64,000 bases of DNA, from NCBI GenBank assembly GCA_051294905.1, contig CM119372.1:14634001-14698000 (forward strand), given 5' to 3'. Below are positions 48,832 through 64,000 of the stretch, one piece after another. Within the stretch, counting starts at the first letter, position 1. Each line of letters opens with the position of its first letter. The notes beneath the pieces were generated by a model. The model was not told where the DNA came from. It made no database searches and was given only the letters and a program-made list of their open reading frames with translations. The position numbers and the translations under genes were made by a program. This DNA is from Botryllus schlosseri (Eukaryota).

Positions 48832-51511
48832 ATGATTCTTACCAAGCAAGAAGATTGCCTAAGCGGTGAAAAACAAGATTGTGGATCTGCATCGTCTCCA
48901 GCACCGCCGTGTAATGTGAACAGTGAGTCGGTCATCATCTTCAGAACTATAGTCTTGATTGCATTTGGCTATAATGAATGGACAATATTTGACTTGATCT
49001 TTAGATTGCAGGTATTGTGGGGCTAACCTGAGTCCTATCTTTTCATTGCATCGCAGTATTGTGATGTTTTGAATTGATGACAATTATTAATAAACTGATA
49101 CTGGACAATAGAAATGCTTTTGAAACTACTAATTTGTCGCACCTTTATCCCTCTATTGTTGGACCAAAAAATGGACCCAAAATTGTGATGGTTGTACGTA
49201 CAATGTACATGCAAGGTATTACTATTAGTAGTTTGGGCATCACGTCAGCAGCTTGTTAGGTTGGCTCGTCACTTGCTTGTAGGACTGTCCCAAAAATCTT
49301 TTATTTTTGACTACATGATTTAGTTGCTTGTGTTTAACAATAATAAGACTACAATGTTCTGTTTTAACAATAGGCTACTACCTACCATTACGACATGGAC
49401 GGAATAGTTTCATCTATCCTAAATCATTATCTTGTGGAGATATGGTCTCATCAGTGGTGTTGTGAGATAGCAATCAAGCTGTGCTCAAACTTTAATTGAC
49501 AGTAGCCTACTATTCCGATCGGTATTTATAGCCAATACTATAAAATGCTTAGGGCTATATAGGCTAATATAAGAATAAGATAATTTTATCCAGTTTAATA
49601 CACTTAAACTTGATAATTGACTGCATGAACACTCTGGAACATGTATACATTTACGCAGAAAACGAAAGTAACTGGAACAAAAGACACAAGAACATTGATC
49701 GCTTTACACTGGCGGATGTGACTCTTGATTACTGTATTCCTTCACCTGGATCCAGGTCCAAGGGGAAAGGGAGACGTCGTCTAAACAGAATGGAAAATGG
49801 TTAGTTTCGGTATATAATGTAAATAAGTGTCAATGTTTCGGGGCTATCGACAGTTACCGTTCTGGAGTACACCCATAGTCCTTTTAAGCAACTTGTCTAC
49901 TCTAAAATCTCTTTGATTTCTGTTTATACCATTGCCTGATACAGTCTTAATGTGGCCCTGGACATGGTGGAATTCCACAACACACTTCCTACTTCTCTAG
50001 TTGGAGTGTTTTTGACTATATATATCTTCCATTATTGAGTTGATATTTGCAACTGATTCGGGCATTTGAAAGTTTCATCATTACTCTCTTATGGTCAGTT
50101 TCAGGACAAGTAAATTTAACCTAGCCACATTTGGAAGAATGTTAGGTAAGGTGTGTTTCCATAAATCGCCCCTGGGAAAACTGTCCGACTTTGTTAATGC
50201 TCTACAACTATTGTGCAGGAAACATATTCACTAAATTATGCATCCAAGCAGATTTTCGTCACGTATTCAAATTTAGCGCATAGCTAATATCCTAAACGAT
50301 GACATGATTTATAGTTGAGAATGTCTCCTCAAAGGGTTGTGAGTAACATAAAGCAAGTAACACACATATACTGTTGCAATGACTCTACCGATCTATGACA
50401 ACCCCCTAATGTGTCCTGTCCCATATTTGCTATTCTATGCTAACGCTTTTATGCTCAGTCACCGTAATGTGCAAATTTATATTTTTTAGTTAAATATCTG
50501 TTGAGTTTCTGGAACAAAAATGATGAGGAGTGTGACCCAAGCGAAGAATGCGAGTTTTCGGAGACCCCTTTTTCACGAATTGTGTCCGATGACAATTTGC
50601 GTAAGGTAACATTCAAATTCGATGCTTCCTTTCAACTTTCTATTGAAATTTTCATCTGTGTCAAGATATGGAATACCTTTTCGGAGCTGAATGGGGAACA
50701 GCAGGACCAATACATCACATTTCTTGAGAATGGTATAATCTGTTAGCCTGGCATGGGTATAGCCAACTACGATTTTCGCCAGGCAAACTGTTACTACATA
50801 AATGAAGTCGTTTACTTATCTTTGTGGTAATATTCGGAATCGACAAGTGTCTTTTTGGCTACGCCGGCCTCTGTATATGCCCAACTGCACAGTGCTCATG
50901 GCCTGTTCAGTTCTACTCACCTGTCACTTCTAAATATTTCACAGGGTTGGTGACTAAAGCAAGTAATCCAAGCTTGCCAAAATGCGACAACTCAAAATCC
51001 GAAAATATCGCTGCTCAAACAAATGACTGTGCAAATGAGCATGCGGACAGATGCTACCATAGGATTGGGAAGCGATTAAGAAATGCATTAAAGAAAAAGC
51101 ATGTGCCTTTGGTAAATATGATAGAGCATATATGTTGGGCTTGATCAAATTCAAAGGTTGGTCTTCAGGGCTTGTTGGAAGGTTTGGAATCAGATGTTAT
51201 CAAGTTTTTTCACAAGTGGCCAAAGTCAAAATATTCCTCTGTGTTATCGAGCAGCTATGAAAGATTGTTGATGCATGCACTATGCCAGTATCTTGGACTG
51301 ATGTCGAAAAGTAGGTTTTAAAATGTATAAAATCCAATATGAAGACCTACCAAGGTGATTGTGTTGTCACTTGTTCGTAATGATTTATTTTTCTAACATA
51401 ATAGGTGTGACTCAGAGTGGAAATCGCTTCACTGAGGTTCAGACGAAGAAAGATGAGGTTTTCCACATTCCTAACATTACATTGTCGCAATACATCAAAG
51501 AGCGATTATGA
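48832..51511 (+). CDS. R3HDM4: R3H domain-containing protein 4 (about 7 exons)
   Basis: Exons 48832-48922, 49659-49799, 50490-50605, ~50666-50732, ~50945-51111, ~51169-51310 and ~51405-51511 give KGKGRRRLNRMENVKYLL, IWNTFSEL..EQQ, CYHRIGKRLR..LKKKHVPLGLLEGLESDVIKFF and SSYERLLMHALCQYLGLMSKS (R3H). Confidence 0.88.
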
Positions 51512-53119
51512 CAACTCGACTTACTTGCCTATATCAGCTTCAAACTACATTTTTAGACCATTGCTAACTCATATTAGCCAGTTGATGTTCTTATGTAAAA
51601 TCAATTTTGTTGCGGATATTTTATCATATTTTTGTATATATACGACATACATATATTTTGATTGCATTTGCCGTTTTGTTGGGATTTTTTGATGTCTTGC
51701 TCGCTGTTGATACGTTTTCGATGCGAACTGACGAACTCTTTTCAAAAGGTTTGAGTGATCATAAGTTTGCAAAAGTCCAGTGTTTTTAGTGAATATCAGA
51801 AGGATTGAATGCGAAACAGATCTTTATTTTGACGTAATATACTGACATGATACCATATGTGTTGGCGTTGGGCCAATATTTTGGGGTTGAATAGAGAGTC
51901 ATCCAATCATAGCAGGCAGCAACTGGTCTTGGGCAAGGCAGTCCCGAATATAAGTAAAGTGGATCAGTGGCATGGTATCAATCCGATAAGGGCGTGACAG
52001 CGCGTAATTTGGGAAATTCAACAGTTCTTCTTCTAGTAGGTTATTTTGAATTCACAGAGACATAGGGGGCGCCGTAATGTTGTGGGGTAGAGGGCATAAT
52101 CGACTCTAGTTATTACATGTTGGCGCCATTTTGAGACAGTCAACTGGATTTCGGACGCATATGATTGATATCTTCAAATTCAAACTACAGTAATACATCT
52201 GGGGCAGTTGGATTCCAAAGGGTTCTTGATTCAGCATTTTATTGCACTTTCCCTTTTGGATGGCCGGAGGAAATATCTAATATCGATTGGGAAGATTCTT
52301 CCGACTCGAACGTCCGCATTACATATTTCGCGTCATATATGCCGGTATTTAGTTGACCCTGTCCATTAACCTAGCTGTCAAAGCTGTATAGTAGGGCGAA
52401 TTTCAAAAAAGGAGGACAAAAGGCGTCGAAGACCTTTTCGATTTCCTGAAAAAGGAGGACAAATCCTCCTAAAGTGGGGCGTATGGTAACCCTAATACTA
52501 TGTATACAATTTTACATTCATATATATATATATCATGGTTGTCTGTCTATGTGTGTATTGTGTATTGAAGATAACTGAACTAACCTACAGAATTTACCGT
52601 CTCTCTACCGCTTTTATTTCTCTCGCTCTAGATGTCAGTAAAGATATAATAATGTGACGTAATAATCTACTCGTTTAGTGGATGACAGGTCACTGCTGAA
52701 TTAGTGGTTTGTGAGTTACGGTATGCGTTGGCAAATGGAGTCAGTTTATGAATATTTTCATCATGAAAATGATATAGGAAAGGTACCGAAACGACTTGGA
52801 GTAATCTTTGAGATCAGACACGCTTTGCGGACAATTGCTGTTGCGGCTAGATTACCGTACCATTTGTGAAAGGTGTCGTACCAGTGCCGTCATCGGTAAT
52901 TGAACTGCGATTGATCTCTCTTGCTGTACCTGTACCGTGCTACCCAAGTAACAAATAGTGCCTAGAGGTGACCAAAGTGATCATTTTCAATGGTATATCG
53001 GTTCTCAAGTTGAAGTGGTACCAGTACGGTACGGGTACGGTAATGATGTCGTAAGTTTGTACTCATTTTTATATCATATGGTCGTCATTCGTGGTCGTTT
53101 AGGATATGGTCGTTCCAAC

Positions 53120-54246
53120 CAGGGCTTTGGAGCCGGAGCCCCGGAGCCGTGCATTTTTACTGGAGCTGGAGCCGGAGCCGAGGCTCTATATAAAATTCAG
53201 CCGGAGCTGGAGCTAGTTATTTGAGGGGTAGCTCCGGCTCCGACGCATTTCATATGATGCTATTATACATGCAACAACCATGTCTGCTGAGTTCACATAA
53301 TTCAACAGCAGACCTTCGCAAAATTAATAATCTTTTCCTCTTTGGCGCTACCTTATCCGACTAACCATGTTCCTGGGGATTTAACAGCAGAGCAGTCATA
53401 TGTTCAATGTTCAATTTTCATACATGAATGCCGAACCTCGGTCTAGATATGCCTGTAAAAATTATGGGTATTCGGCATACCCGCAATCTCATCATCAGCA
53501 CAACCTTGTTGACCAATTGTACGGTTCGAAAATAATGATCACTATGTATTACGCGAAATGGGAGAGAGGATAAAAACGTGATTTCGTTGCACATGTCGAT
53601 ATGACGAGCACGAGTCGAGAAATTCCATCTCATTGTTGCTATGAATCGGATGAGCAAATACTTGTTTTTTTCGTGATAGTTCTATAATCGGGCCGCGAAA
53701 CTGAACACTGTTAGTGAGTATGCAATTATGCATGCGAATTGGAATTCCTTAGTGCGCATGATCGTCATTCATGCCAGTAAGGATTTTCGAGCGTGAATAG
53801 GGGATAGCAGAAGAGTAACCCGAAATGCCGTTACACTCAGCGAACAATTGTCGCGGTGCGAGCGACTCAATGCGATGTCAGGACCACATGGTATTTTATG
53901 TTGGAGACAAATTACTGATTTGATATGCGATTTCCAATTTGTAATAATGTGTTTCGTAAATTCATTCTTGATGTCTGCTTGATACTCTAGTATTCCCGGA
54001 TTATCGAGCACTGTGACCTGTAAATGTGCAATGTGCATACTGCATAGTTTAATTCGTTATGGGCATATGGCCCGCGGGTTGCCCACCCCAGATATGCACA
54101 TTACACAGGCACCTTCAATAGTTTTCAGAGCCGGAGCTGGAGCCGGAGCAGTGGTAATAATGCGGCGCTGGAGCTGGAGCTAGTGTATGATAGAAGAAAG
54201 CTCCGGAGCTGGAGCAATGTTAATTTACGGCTGCTCCAAAGCCCTG
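53120..54246. mobile_element. hAT-type MITE with GGAGC(C/T) repeats
   Basis: CAGGGCTTTGGAGC...GCTCCAAAGCCCTG, 8-bp TSD GTTCCAAC (53112-53119, 54247-54254). Confidence 0.9.
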
Positions 54247-54499
54247 GTTCCAACATCCTCCAATCATTTAATCGCGTTGTGTTTTGTCCATCAAATTGTA
54301 AATTAATGGTCTTGTGCAGATAAAAATAGTGGCCCCGGTCGTTTATGGTTATTGGTTATGGCTTTATAGTTGTTCCCAGAACATGCCGAAGTACTTCAAC
54401 GAAAAGTAGCCGACAACGACTGTTTTGAAAAGCATTCTTTACTCACTACTCATTACTACATGTCCTTGAGCGCATCTTTACTCTCCGAAAAGCAACATA

Positions 54500-57400
54500 A
54501 TGGGTGAGCCATCCAACAAGCTCACACAAAAGTAAGAATCGATTGATACTTTCAGCCTCTTATTATGTTATACTTGTTATTTATTTCTAGAGCTGAGAAC
54601 AACAATACCGATCATACGAGCCGAAAAATCATTTCCACGTCACAACAAAAAGATTCAGGCACCTCGCCAAAGAAAGCCACAGAGACTGTTGACACGATTC
54701 CATATTACAAATTGGTATTTTTTTGGTTACGCGCAAAAAGATATGCATCGTTTAAACTATCCTTGATTTCAGTATTCATTCGCAAACTTTGTAGACTATT
54801 TTCTGATAGTCATTGGGACTCTTGCTGCGGCAACTCATGGAACTGGTTTACCTGTCATGTTCGTATTTTTTGGGGACTTGACGGACTCCTTCACAGATTA
54901 CGGTGCATTTGCCGCATGCAATTTCAGTTACACTGCATGTTTTGGTCAAGGTCTGTTTAATGGAACTGAGACGTAAGTATGCTTTGCAGATGTTTAGCTT
55001 ACCTAGCAAAATTTATAGTTTTGTAGTATCGGTGTTTTTGATATTCATGGTCTTTCGTCTACATTCAACGTTTTACACCAGGCCGAGGGTACCACTACTA
55101 CGCTATCTCGCCACGAACTGGTTTTTAGTGTGTTTGAAACCATATATAATTCAGCTGTTTCGAAAAGCATTAGTAGGCCTAATGAAGAAAATAGGTGTCC
55201 TAACTTGTGTGTACGCTCGTGTCTACATTCATCCAAATTTCATACAAGCTTGTTTTCCGTAGCCCGAGAAACCTTTTGAGCCAAGTGGGCGATATTGAGA
55301 CTTATTAACCATAAAAAGTCCCCGCAGACAGAATGGGTTGGAACATCTGTACTTGTGAAACCTATATTTTCTTCAATCCTATTAGTTTGCTGCTATTCCA
55401 GTTCTTGTAGTAGATTTAGAATGGCTAATAATGAAATATACCCTATGCATTTTCAGTGAGTTCCTTCAAAAGTTGGACAATGTACAAAATCTGACCGCCA
55501 ATAGTGTACAATTTGTTTACTATTTTGTGTATATTGCGTGTGGAGCATTCCTGTGCGCCTCTCTTCAAGTTAGTACGTTCAGTTTTCAAGCCGTCAGGTA
55601 GGAGAGATATTTAACTTTGGCGCCTTTCGATTCGGTTTAATTGAGACTGTCTTTCAGACAATCGCAAAAGATACGGGTGGCATACGTACGCAGCATATTG
55701 CGGCAAGACATCGGATATCATGATGTCACATCAGCAGGAGAGCTCAACGCTCGGTTGGCTGAGTGAGTTTCTCATTTAAGAAAGTTTTCTTCTGATTTGT
55801 CTAAGCACCACACGGACATATCATCTTCGGTATCATCTAAATCAGGGTTGTCAAACATACATCCCGCGGGCCGCAACCGGCTCGCCAGACTATTTCATCC
55901 GGCCCGCGAAGCCATTCTGGGTAGATTGTAAAAATGCTCATCATATCCAGCACGTTCGTAACAAATGTCGAGATGTTTTAAGGAAACACTTCCATCAAAT
56001 AATCCCTTAAGAAAGCAAATGTTAGTATATTTATGGGTAACATTATAGCAAGACTGTGGAGTTGTGGTTTCACTATAGTTCCAGTTACCCCTGGAACAAG
56101 TCAAGTCGGTCACATTGACACCCAATTCGAGAAGACAAAAAGTGCACATCGAGATTAGAGTTTTATGGAAAGATGGAACAACAAGTAGTTAATCACGGAA
56201 TCGAAAACGCCAATGCGAAACCGTTATATCCAGTTTACATGGAGGATATATTGGTTAGACAAAAATATTCAAATATCTGTGGGCGCGCTGCTGTGTCACT
56301 TCCAAAGCAAAAGGTCCCCGGAATCTACAGAAACCCGAATCGCGATTTAATAATAATGAAGCACAATGTATTCCTCACAACGCACACACATGGCTAACGC
56401 CAGATTACGGCTAAAGCAAAAACAGCATAGACATATGCCGACTCATATCGTCGTTACCGCCACTGTTTTAACGGCTCATTAGTATATTCAACCGCCCAAT
56501 CATCGTACTTTATCCAATTCCATTGTTCGCTCATAAACTCCGTATGTTCCGTGATATGATGTTTGTTTATATATGCGTGAAAATAAAGTATATTCAATTG
56601 AGAAGCAGGGCCATGAGGTAACATTTTCGAATCAGTTGACTGGTTCAGCCCGTGAGCGATTTGAAGGCTTGAATCCGGCCCGCGACGTGATTTGAGTTTG
56701 ACACCCCTGATCTAAATAATACTGTAACACTGAATGAAAGGTAGCGGAAGATAACAGAAAATGGATTAGCAATGAAAATTAAGTGGCATGTGTAGGTAAA
56801 ATTGATATGTCGGATCGTGATCCGGTAATCTTAAACGCACCCCAGTAGCCTATTCATTCAGTACATGCTGCATGTATTCTGTCTTGAATGTGGACAATCT
56901 GGACATTCTCGATGACTGTCGGATTGCTGTCGAAATACTGTTCTACAATCGTTTTTGCAAACAAACAACATGTGTGGGCTTCATTGTAATATTCTGATAT
57001 GCCATTAGTCAATCTCACTTCTGTTCAAACAACATAACTGGACTATGCTTTATTCCGTGTTTACTATATTCAATAATCACTAAGCAGTTCTTTACTGCAA
57101 TCTTCTGTTCGAATCTTGGGATGGAAGTTATTCGTTGCTTTACTCTACATTGAGGCGGCATTTTTCTGAATCCATTTATAGTCACTTTCACTAATAACAC
57201 GATTGCTCCTGCAGCGATATCAAGAAGATCCAGGATGGAATGGCAGATAAAGTGTCTTTGGCGATACAATATATTTGCATGGTCCTTGCGGGGTTGGTGA
57301 TCGCATTCATATATTCTTGGAAACTGTCACTTGTTTCTTTAGCGGTCTCTCCATTTTTGGTGCTGTCATCAGGATTGATATTTACGGTAAGCTGAAAGTC

Positions 57401-60400
57401 ATTCGATTCTATTTGTCTACTATGTCGTAAGTAAGTAATGCCCAATCTCTCTAATGAGTGTAGGCTATAAAAACCTATGTTTATTTTTGTAAATAACTAA
57501 TTACTGCGATCTCACCTGTATTTTATTGTATGAATCCAAATTGTTCATTGCTGGAAAATTCCGCAATTTTTGAATAGGACTAGTACTTTAATTTGCACTA
57601 TTGATTTCCAGCTCACTAACAATTACACAAAAAAGGAACTGGATGCATATGCTAGTGCTGGATCTATTGCTGAAGAGACGATCTCATCAATCCGAACCGT
57701 TGCAGCTTTTGGGATGCAAGACAAGCTGTATGAGAGGTATGGATCAACTATCACTCGATTGGTACTAGGATGTCATTGAAAGTTATACAGCATTTTATTG
57801 CACTTGCCCCTTGCATCTTGGATGGCCAGATGAAATAGCGAATATCGATTTGAAAGATTCATCCGACTCTCCAGATGAAGGAAATGTGTTAATGTGATTG
57901 CTATGGGAAGACGACATTTTGATTGAGAGTCCGAGTAGCAAATTCAATTCTGTAGTAGCCTGTTGTAGTACGTGACAGAATCACTATTTTGAACTTTACA
58001 ACAGGAGTTTGAGTCACTTCACAACTTGAATATTTCGGATTTGAATATTTTCGGCTGACACTTGTCAGGGGTAATCGTCAGCAACTAGTAGAGAATTGGA
58101 AAGAACATTGTATGTCAACAACCGTATCATCGTATATCGGACTTGCGAGCTTCATACGGAGTGACAATTGGATATGAAATGGAGTTGTGCGCCAGTATCA
58201 CAAAGAACTTTGCTCGTTCCCCAGCAATGTATGCACAGCAGCCCGTGATATAAAAGTTTCCACAATATTATACAATATACATACAAATTTTACCTAATCA
58301 ATATCGGTACGGTTGTAGATCCAGATATCTCTGAAGTAAAACTGTGGCAATGTTGAAGCAAATATGTCATAATGTAGATTGTAGGATGTATTTGGACAGG
58401 ATCAGATTTCGCCAACCACTTGCCTGTGTGGTGTGTGCTTCAATCTGTTGTTTGCAATTTCCAAGTTTCTCAGATTGTGTGGGATCAAAAACGCTACAAG
58501 CAGTAAATAGCAACTCCAACATCTTAATTCTACGTTGTTTTGTGTTTTGGGGATATGTTGTGTTGTATTGTATTGTGTTTTGGTCATCACATACATTTTG
58601 AAGATGAATACATTAAATATGAATGAATCAACAGCTTGTGGACAAGTTTACTCATGTCACTGCGTTTTTTTTGTGTTGATGCATGGTCATAACGACGAAG
58701 CTGCTGTCACTAGTGACAGTTTGCTGCGAAGAATTGAATTGGTCAATACCATATCTACAGGTATTCAGAGAGCTTGGGTGATGCAAAGGTCATGGGAATG
58801 AAGAAAGGAATCGTCTCCGGTGTTAGTCTTGGCTTTATGTATCTGACCATGTTTTCACTTTACGCTATCACATTTTGGTATGGAGTCACCCTTGTCATCG
58901 ATGAAAGTGACCCGCTCACAGCTGGAGACATGATGGTTGTTTTCTTCTGCATTCTAATCGCTGCATTTTCACTGGGAACGGTGAGTTGTACGGTGAACGG
59001 TTGTAAGATCAAGGTGCTATAACGGGTTTTCAAAGTATGGGTTATGGTATCATTTTGGGTCGCGACACCTTGAGATCGATCAAGTATGTAATATGAGTGA
59101 GTGAATATGCAGCAATAAAAATTTCTCTGCGCGATTTCCCGCAGATAGCTTGTGCTTTTCCGAGGTCACCGTGTTGGGTACTGTAGCCAATAAGCGAGAC
59201 ACCTAGAAAAGCCGCATGCCGACCTTTGTAATAGGCAAATTGGTTTGAATTCATCATTAGATTAGTCCGACAATGGTTCTCTCTCCAGTCCTTGCAGTCT
59301 GAGTAGACAGAAGTACAAATGCAGTAAGAATGCGACCCGCAGAGGAAAATGATGCACTCTAATTTGAAATCGCATGCGTCAGGCATGTTTCATACAGCTG
59401 CGTTGCGAACGACTGTTGTCTGCGCGTTTTCCATATCATACATGCCCGTAAAACGTAGCATAGTAATATTAATAATGTATTCTTTTTCATGCGTGAGGCC
59501 TTGGGTCGCGACATGCCCCTAAAACTTAGATTGGGGTCACGGTCTGAAAAGTTTAAGAACCGCTTGGTTATAATTGTACCCATTGCCCAATCGAGTGTGC
59601 TTGAGTTGTAATCGGTAGCAGCTTACACTTTTTTAATGAACATGTATCTTTCACTCATTTCGTTTCACCGTAATTTCAGTGGATGTGTTTTGTGACACCG
59701 TCAGATGTAGTGCCGTCACATGAGATTGCTGCTCAAATGAGTCATCCACTGCTAATGTCCAGTCCAGTTATTATTATTAATTGCATCGGACTGTGTAGTC
59801 TTTTGAGCTTATGTCATAAATTTTACCCGAATACTCTGCAAAGCTATGCTGGCAGTATAATTAAATTATACAATCTTTCCAAAGGTACAAGAATATATTT
59901 CCGACGATTTCATTATTTCCAGGCTGGCAGTAATTTTGAGTATTTTTCCGCCGCCCAGGCGGCTGGCCAGAAGATTTTCTCAGTTATACATCGAGTTCCG
60001 CCGATCGACATCTTCTCGGATGCGGGAATGAAACCTAACACTGTCAGCGGAGAAATTGAGATGAAGAATGTTGAATTCCACTATCCATCCCGATCGGACG
60101 TGGAGGTAATATTTTATCGATTTGCAAACCGGTTAAGCTTTTTGCAAATGTCTTACTTGAAAGGATGCGCACCAGCTTCATGTTCAAAATTTGAACGCAG
60201 CAATTCCCCGAAGTCGTGTTATTCCAGACTGCAAAAATTACTCCACAAGAGGGACAATACAGAATTCAAATTGGACTAACGAACGCTCGCATTGAGTTGA
60301 CTCGAACATTTGCCTAAATGGCTATTGTCCGAGTAAGGTCGTAAAAATAAGTCACTGTTGACTGATGACTAGATAATATGACTCGCAGACTTACCCGACT

Positions 60401-63400
60401 GCTGACTTGATGGAAATGTGAAAATGACTTGACTTGACTCAACTCAACTCACATTTTAAAGCTAAGAATTAATTTCTGCTTGGAGCCTAATCAGTACAGG
60501 CTTTCTGGGTAACATAAGGGTCGTTGTTCCTCCAGGTTCTGCAGGACGTGAGTTTTACCGTGAACAAAGGTCAGACCGTTGCCCTTGTCGGTCAAAGTGG
60601 ATGTGGAAAAAGCACATGTGTCAGTCTTATGCAGAGATTTTACGATGTTCAGGTATGCTTGTGGCAACCTTTAATCCACCTTCGTCATTTTAACTTTATC
60701 AGCTTACATTGATTGTATGATGCAAAATACTGTTCGCTGTACAGTTACTGCCTCTTTGAAGTGGTTGTTTTCAGTTTGCTTTAACACTATTGAGTGATTT
60801 ATTCATTACAATGCTGGAATCTATGCCTGATCTCTTAACATATACTTAATCTGCAGTGGTTTCTGATTCCTGTTGTTGAATTACTTCACAATTTGTTTGA
60901 CTATATCAATTTATATATGGTGTTATATGAGTACTTCAATGCAGATGTGGTGGCCATCATTCCCTGGGGAATTTGGCTTACGCTGGATCTCAGTTCACAA
61001 ATAAGGATTTGTCATGTCAGGTATTATATGATATATGGTCAGTCACTAAGAATAATAATTGTGCGGATGAATTCCAAAAATTAAGAAGTTATGCGACACA
61101 TGGTGCAAGTGAATCATATAGCGATAAAAGTCTTGGAACTTGATAAATGCTTCAACTGGGCCAATTTGAGTTGTCGGACGAGATGAAATTGCTTTCGAGT
61201 GCAGTCGGATGATAATTTCAAAGTTATTCGTCACAAATTATCAATTTCGATAATAAACAGTCAGAGGTAGTCAAAGTAGTCATCATTGGTAGTTGGTACT
61301 TAAGTCGAAGTAAAACGAATGTAAATTCCTAACCAGGTACAAGTAGATATATTGTAACTATTTCCAAGACATGCCGAAATTACTTCAAGCAAAAGTGGAA
61401 AATCGAGGTATGAAAAGTAATGACCTGAAAAATAAAAAATTTGACATTTTTTGACCTTAAAAACTTAATTTTGACAAAATTTTGCCCTCGTGTATGTAAA
61501 TTAGGTGTTAGCGCACATAATGTTGGAATTGCACTACTTATCGTCATGTCTGGTTGGAACTGTCTCTCCTTACGAAGTAGTTTGGCCTGAAAAAACTTGA
61601 CTTAAAAACTGACAAATTTTTACATGAAAGAACTTTATATTAACAAAATCTGGACCTATGAAGAATTCCCGTAGTTACATCACGCATTATGGTAGAAATA
61701 ATTAAAATTTGTTGTATTATAACGAAAGATACTTTCCTACATTCTTGGGTAGAAAGTGTCTGTCCTTACTAAGTAGCTTGCTAAGAATAGAGAAACAGCA
61801 GCAGTTGTTGGCTGGCAACACTGAAGTTGTGCGTGCATGATGTGCATATGCCGCTGGACAAGGAAGGCGCAGAAATATCCTTGTAAGGCTTTCTAATTCT
61901 TGCACCACCCTTCAATCTCATCCCGGTAATGCTGAGCGCCGAGCGGGGAACCAGTTTTACTGATCAGGTTTTTGATCTGACCCGGCCCGAGATTGAACCC
62001 ATGAGCTACCGATCAAGAAGCCCGATGCTCCACCGTTACGCTATTTTTCCGTTCGAATCTAGAAAGGCGTAGTTTTGATGGACGGCAACAATGTGAAGGA
62101 CTTGAACGTGAAGTGGCTTCGAGATCAAATCGGCGTGGTCGCGCAGGAGCCCGTACTTTTCGACACCACCATCGGAGAAAATATTAAATGGGGCCGCAGC
62201 GGCGTCGGCGATCAAGAAATTATCAGCGCCGCAAAGAAGGCAAACGCCTATGATTTTATCGTCAATCTTCCTAAGGTGAGCCATTGTCGAGTGAGTGAGT
62301 CATTTTTCCTGATGAATGGTTGGAGTTTACTTAGGCTAGGGCTGGGATTAGATTAGGTCTGATACGGGTTAAGTTGCGTTGGGGCAGGGGTTCTTAACCT
62401 GGGGTCCGCAGGCTAGTTTTCAGCGGACCATGAATGGCTAATGTTGAAATTGCAACTATAAACTATAAAAGTACATTGTCCTTAGTTATAAATCCGTCGT
62501 TATTGTTGACTTAATTCGCTATTGTTATTTTGACTTGTTTTCAATCATCGGGCAACTTTTTAGGCATGAACTAGGCCAGATGACCATAGTCCTTGATTAG
62601 GACTATGCTAAAGTGATGACCTTATATTCGTTTAAAATCCATTGCGTTAGGGTTTGTTTGGCTTAGGTTAGGATTAGTGTCCAGGGTTAGTTTTGGTTAG
62701 GTTAGGTAAGGATTGGAATTAGCTTGAGTTGGGGTTATTTTCTCACAGAAATTCGACACTCTTGTCGGTGAAAGCGGAGGTCAGCTGAGTGGTGGTCAAA
62801 AGCAACGCATCGCAATCGCGAGAGCAATCGTACGCGATCCAACTCTGCTGCTGCTCGACGAGGCCACGTCCGCTTTGGATACGGAAAGCGAATCTGTCGT
62901 ACAGGCCGCGTTGGACAAAGCCTCCGCCGGTAATAATGTGAGGCCTGCAGAAGGGTCGGTCACGAAGTACTTCGATTACTAGACTGCTTGTATATCAAAT
63001 TAAAGTTCTTTGGCGAAACATTATGCTTTTTATCACTTATATTGAAAATGGAAAGTAAATTCGGGCTAGGTTTGCAACACTTTTACGAGTGAAGTTGTCA
63101 TAGTGTCTGGGTGAGAAAGCCTCTGTATCATGATAACAGAAAATAATATTGAAAATTCACTTATTTGCAGTGTCATTTTGCCTTAGTCGCAAAGATACGC
63201 CGTGCAATTTTAAGTAGCCACCTCTGACCAACTGCTGAAAGTATTCGACCCCCCGACCAAATCTACTTTTTGAAACCACTTACTTCACTACTTTTCAGAA
63301 CTTTTATCTATAGAGATCCACGGCTTTACTTCTACTTTTACTCAAGTGGCAATCCTTACTACCTCTGAATATCTGTTCCGACATGACTGCAAAGACACTC

Positions 63401-63716
63401 TTCAGACCTTTCAATTTCTACTACTTCTACTTGAGTTGCAATGCTGACTACTTTGACATCCTGTGGATGCCGGAAACGCGAAAATAGTAATATTACACGT
63501 GACGCTATGTCTCAACAGGACGCACGACTGTGGTGATAGCGCACAGATTGTCGACGATACGAAACGCCGACAAAATCGTGGCTTTCCACGAGGGAAAGGT
63601 GATGGAGGAAGGCACCCACGAGGAGCTGCTAAAGTTAGAGGATGGAGTGTATGCCAACTTAGTCAACATGCAGACTGTCAAGGCTGGTGATGCGGGGAAA
63701 CAAGATAATGTACCGG
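54500..63716 (+). CDS. ABCB1: ABC transporter B family / P-glycoprotein, 5' half (TMD1 + NBD1); continues beyond the window
   Basis: Spliced exons encode [55 protein letters not shown], Walker [10 protein letters not shown] (~60590), [25 protein letters not shown]...[12 protein letters not shown] (~62785-62880) and [12 protein letters not shown]; the exact ABCB1/4/5 paralog is not resolved. Confidence 0.9.
55843..56709. mobile_element. hAT (Charlie-like) MITE in an ABCB intron
   Basis: CAGGGTTGTCAAAC...GTTTGACACCCCTG, 8-bp TSD ATCTAAAT (55835-55842, 56710-56717). Confidence 0.9.
61903..62043 (-). mobile_element. tRNA-derived SINE, same family as 30588-30737
   Basis: Shares cccggtaatgctgag...tgacccggc...gattgaacc...gctccacc.ttacgcta. 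Confidence 0.6.
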
Positions 63717-64000
63717 GTGCGTATCAATTTCCCCCATTTCTTCACAATCAATGTCAATCGGTGGTGATCTTCGATTGCGATAGAAATTGAACATGTTATA
63801 AATTCGGGACACTTTTATGAGCTATCATTCAACTTGTCCTGAGTTGATTGTATTGATAACTTGATCTGGGAAAAATCGGATACCCGAGTATTCGTGTCCC
63901 ACTTGTTGTGATGTCACAATGGTATAAACGATTTGGGAAAATATATCGCGTTGGAGATGTTTTGGTATTTTTTGCTGCAGACGTACTTGAGTCGAATCAT

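Overview
Intron-rich eukaryotic DNA. I infer an ascidian or other tunicate from the tiny introns, an operon-like same-strand gene cluster and the SINE/MITE families; the species is not determined. (1) A 13.4-kb Maverick/Polinton-type element at 1219-14584 has AGTAGT...ACTACT termini and a 6-bp TSD (CACACA). It is almost entirely one palindrome: two ~6.2-kb near-identical arms around a 0.9-kb spacer, with no intact core genes, resembling an integrated copy-back/defective genome. (2) An intronless RRP7A. (3) A minus-strand cluster RIC8-PFDN6-CDIN1-TERF-like with 70-270 bp gaps, probably a trans-spliced operon. Its last gene encodes a TRFH domain followed by up to four telobox-type Myb domains, three of them from a duplicated two-exon module; canonical TRF1/2 have one Myb. 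(4) A foldback-like transposon with modular 9-bp-repeat TIRs and an 8-bp TSD, several hAT MITEs, tRNA-SINEs and a THAP-domain remnant. (5) R3HDM4 and the 5' half of an ABCB1/MDR transporter running off the right edge. Exon structures were read by eye and have no transcript support.
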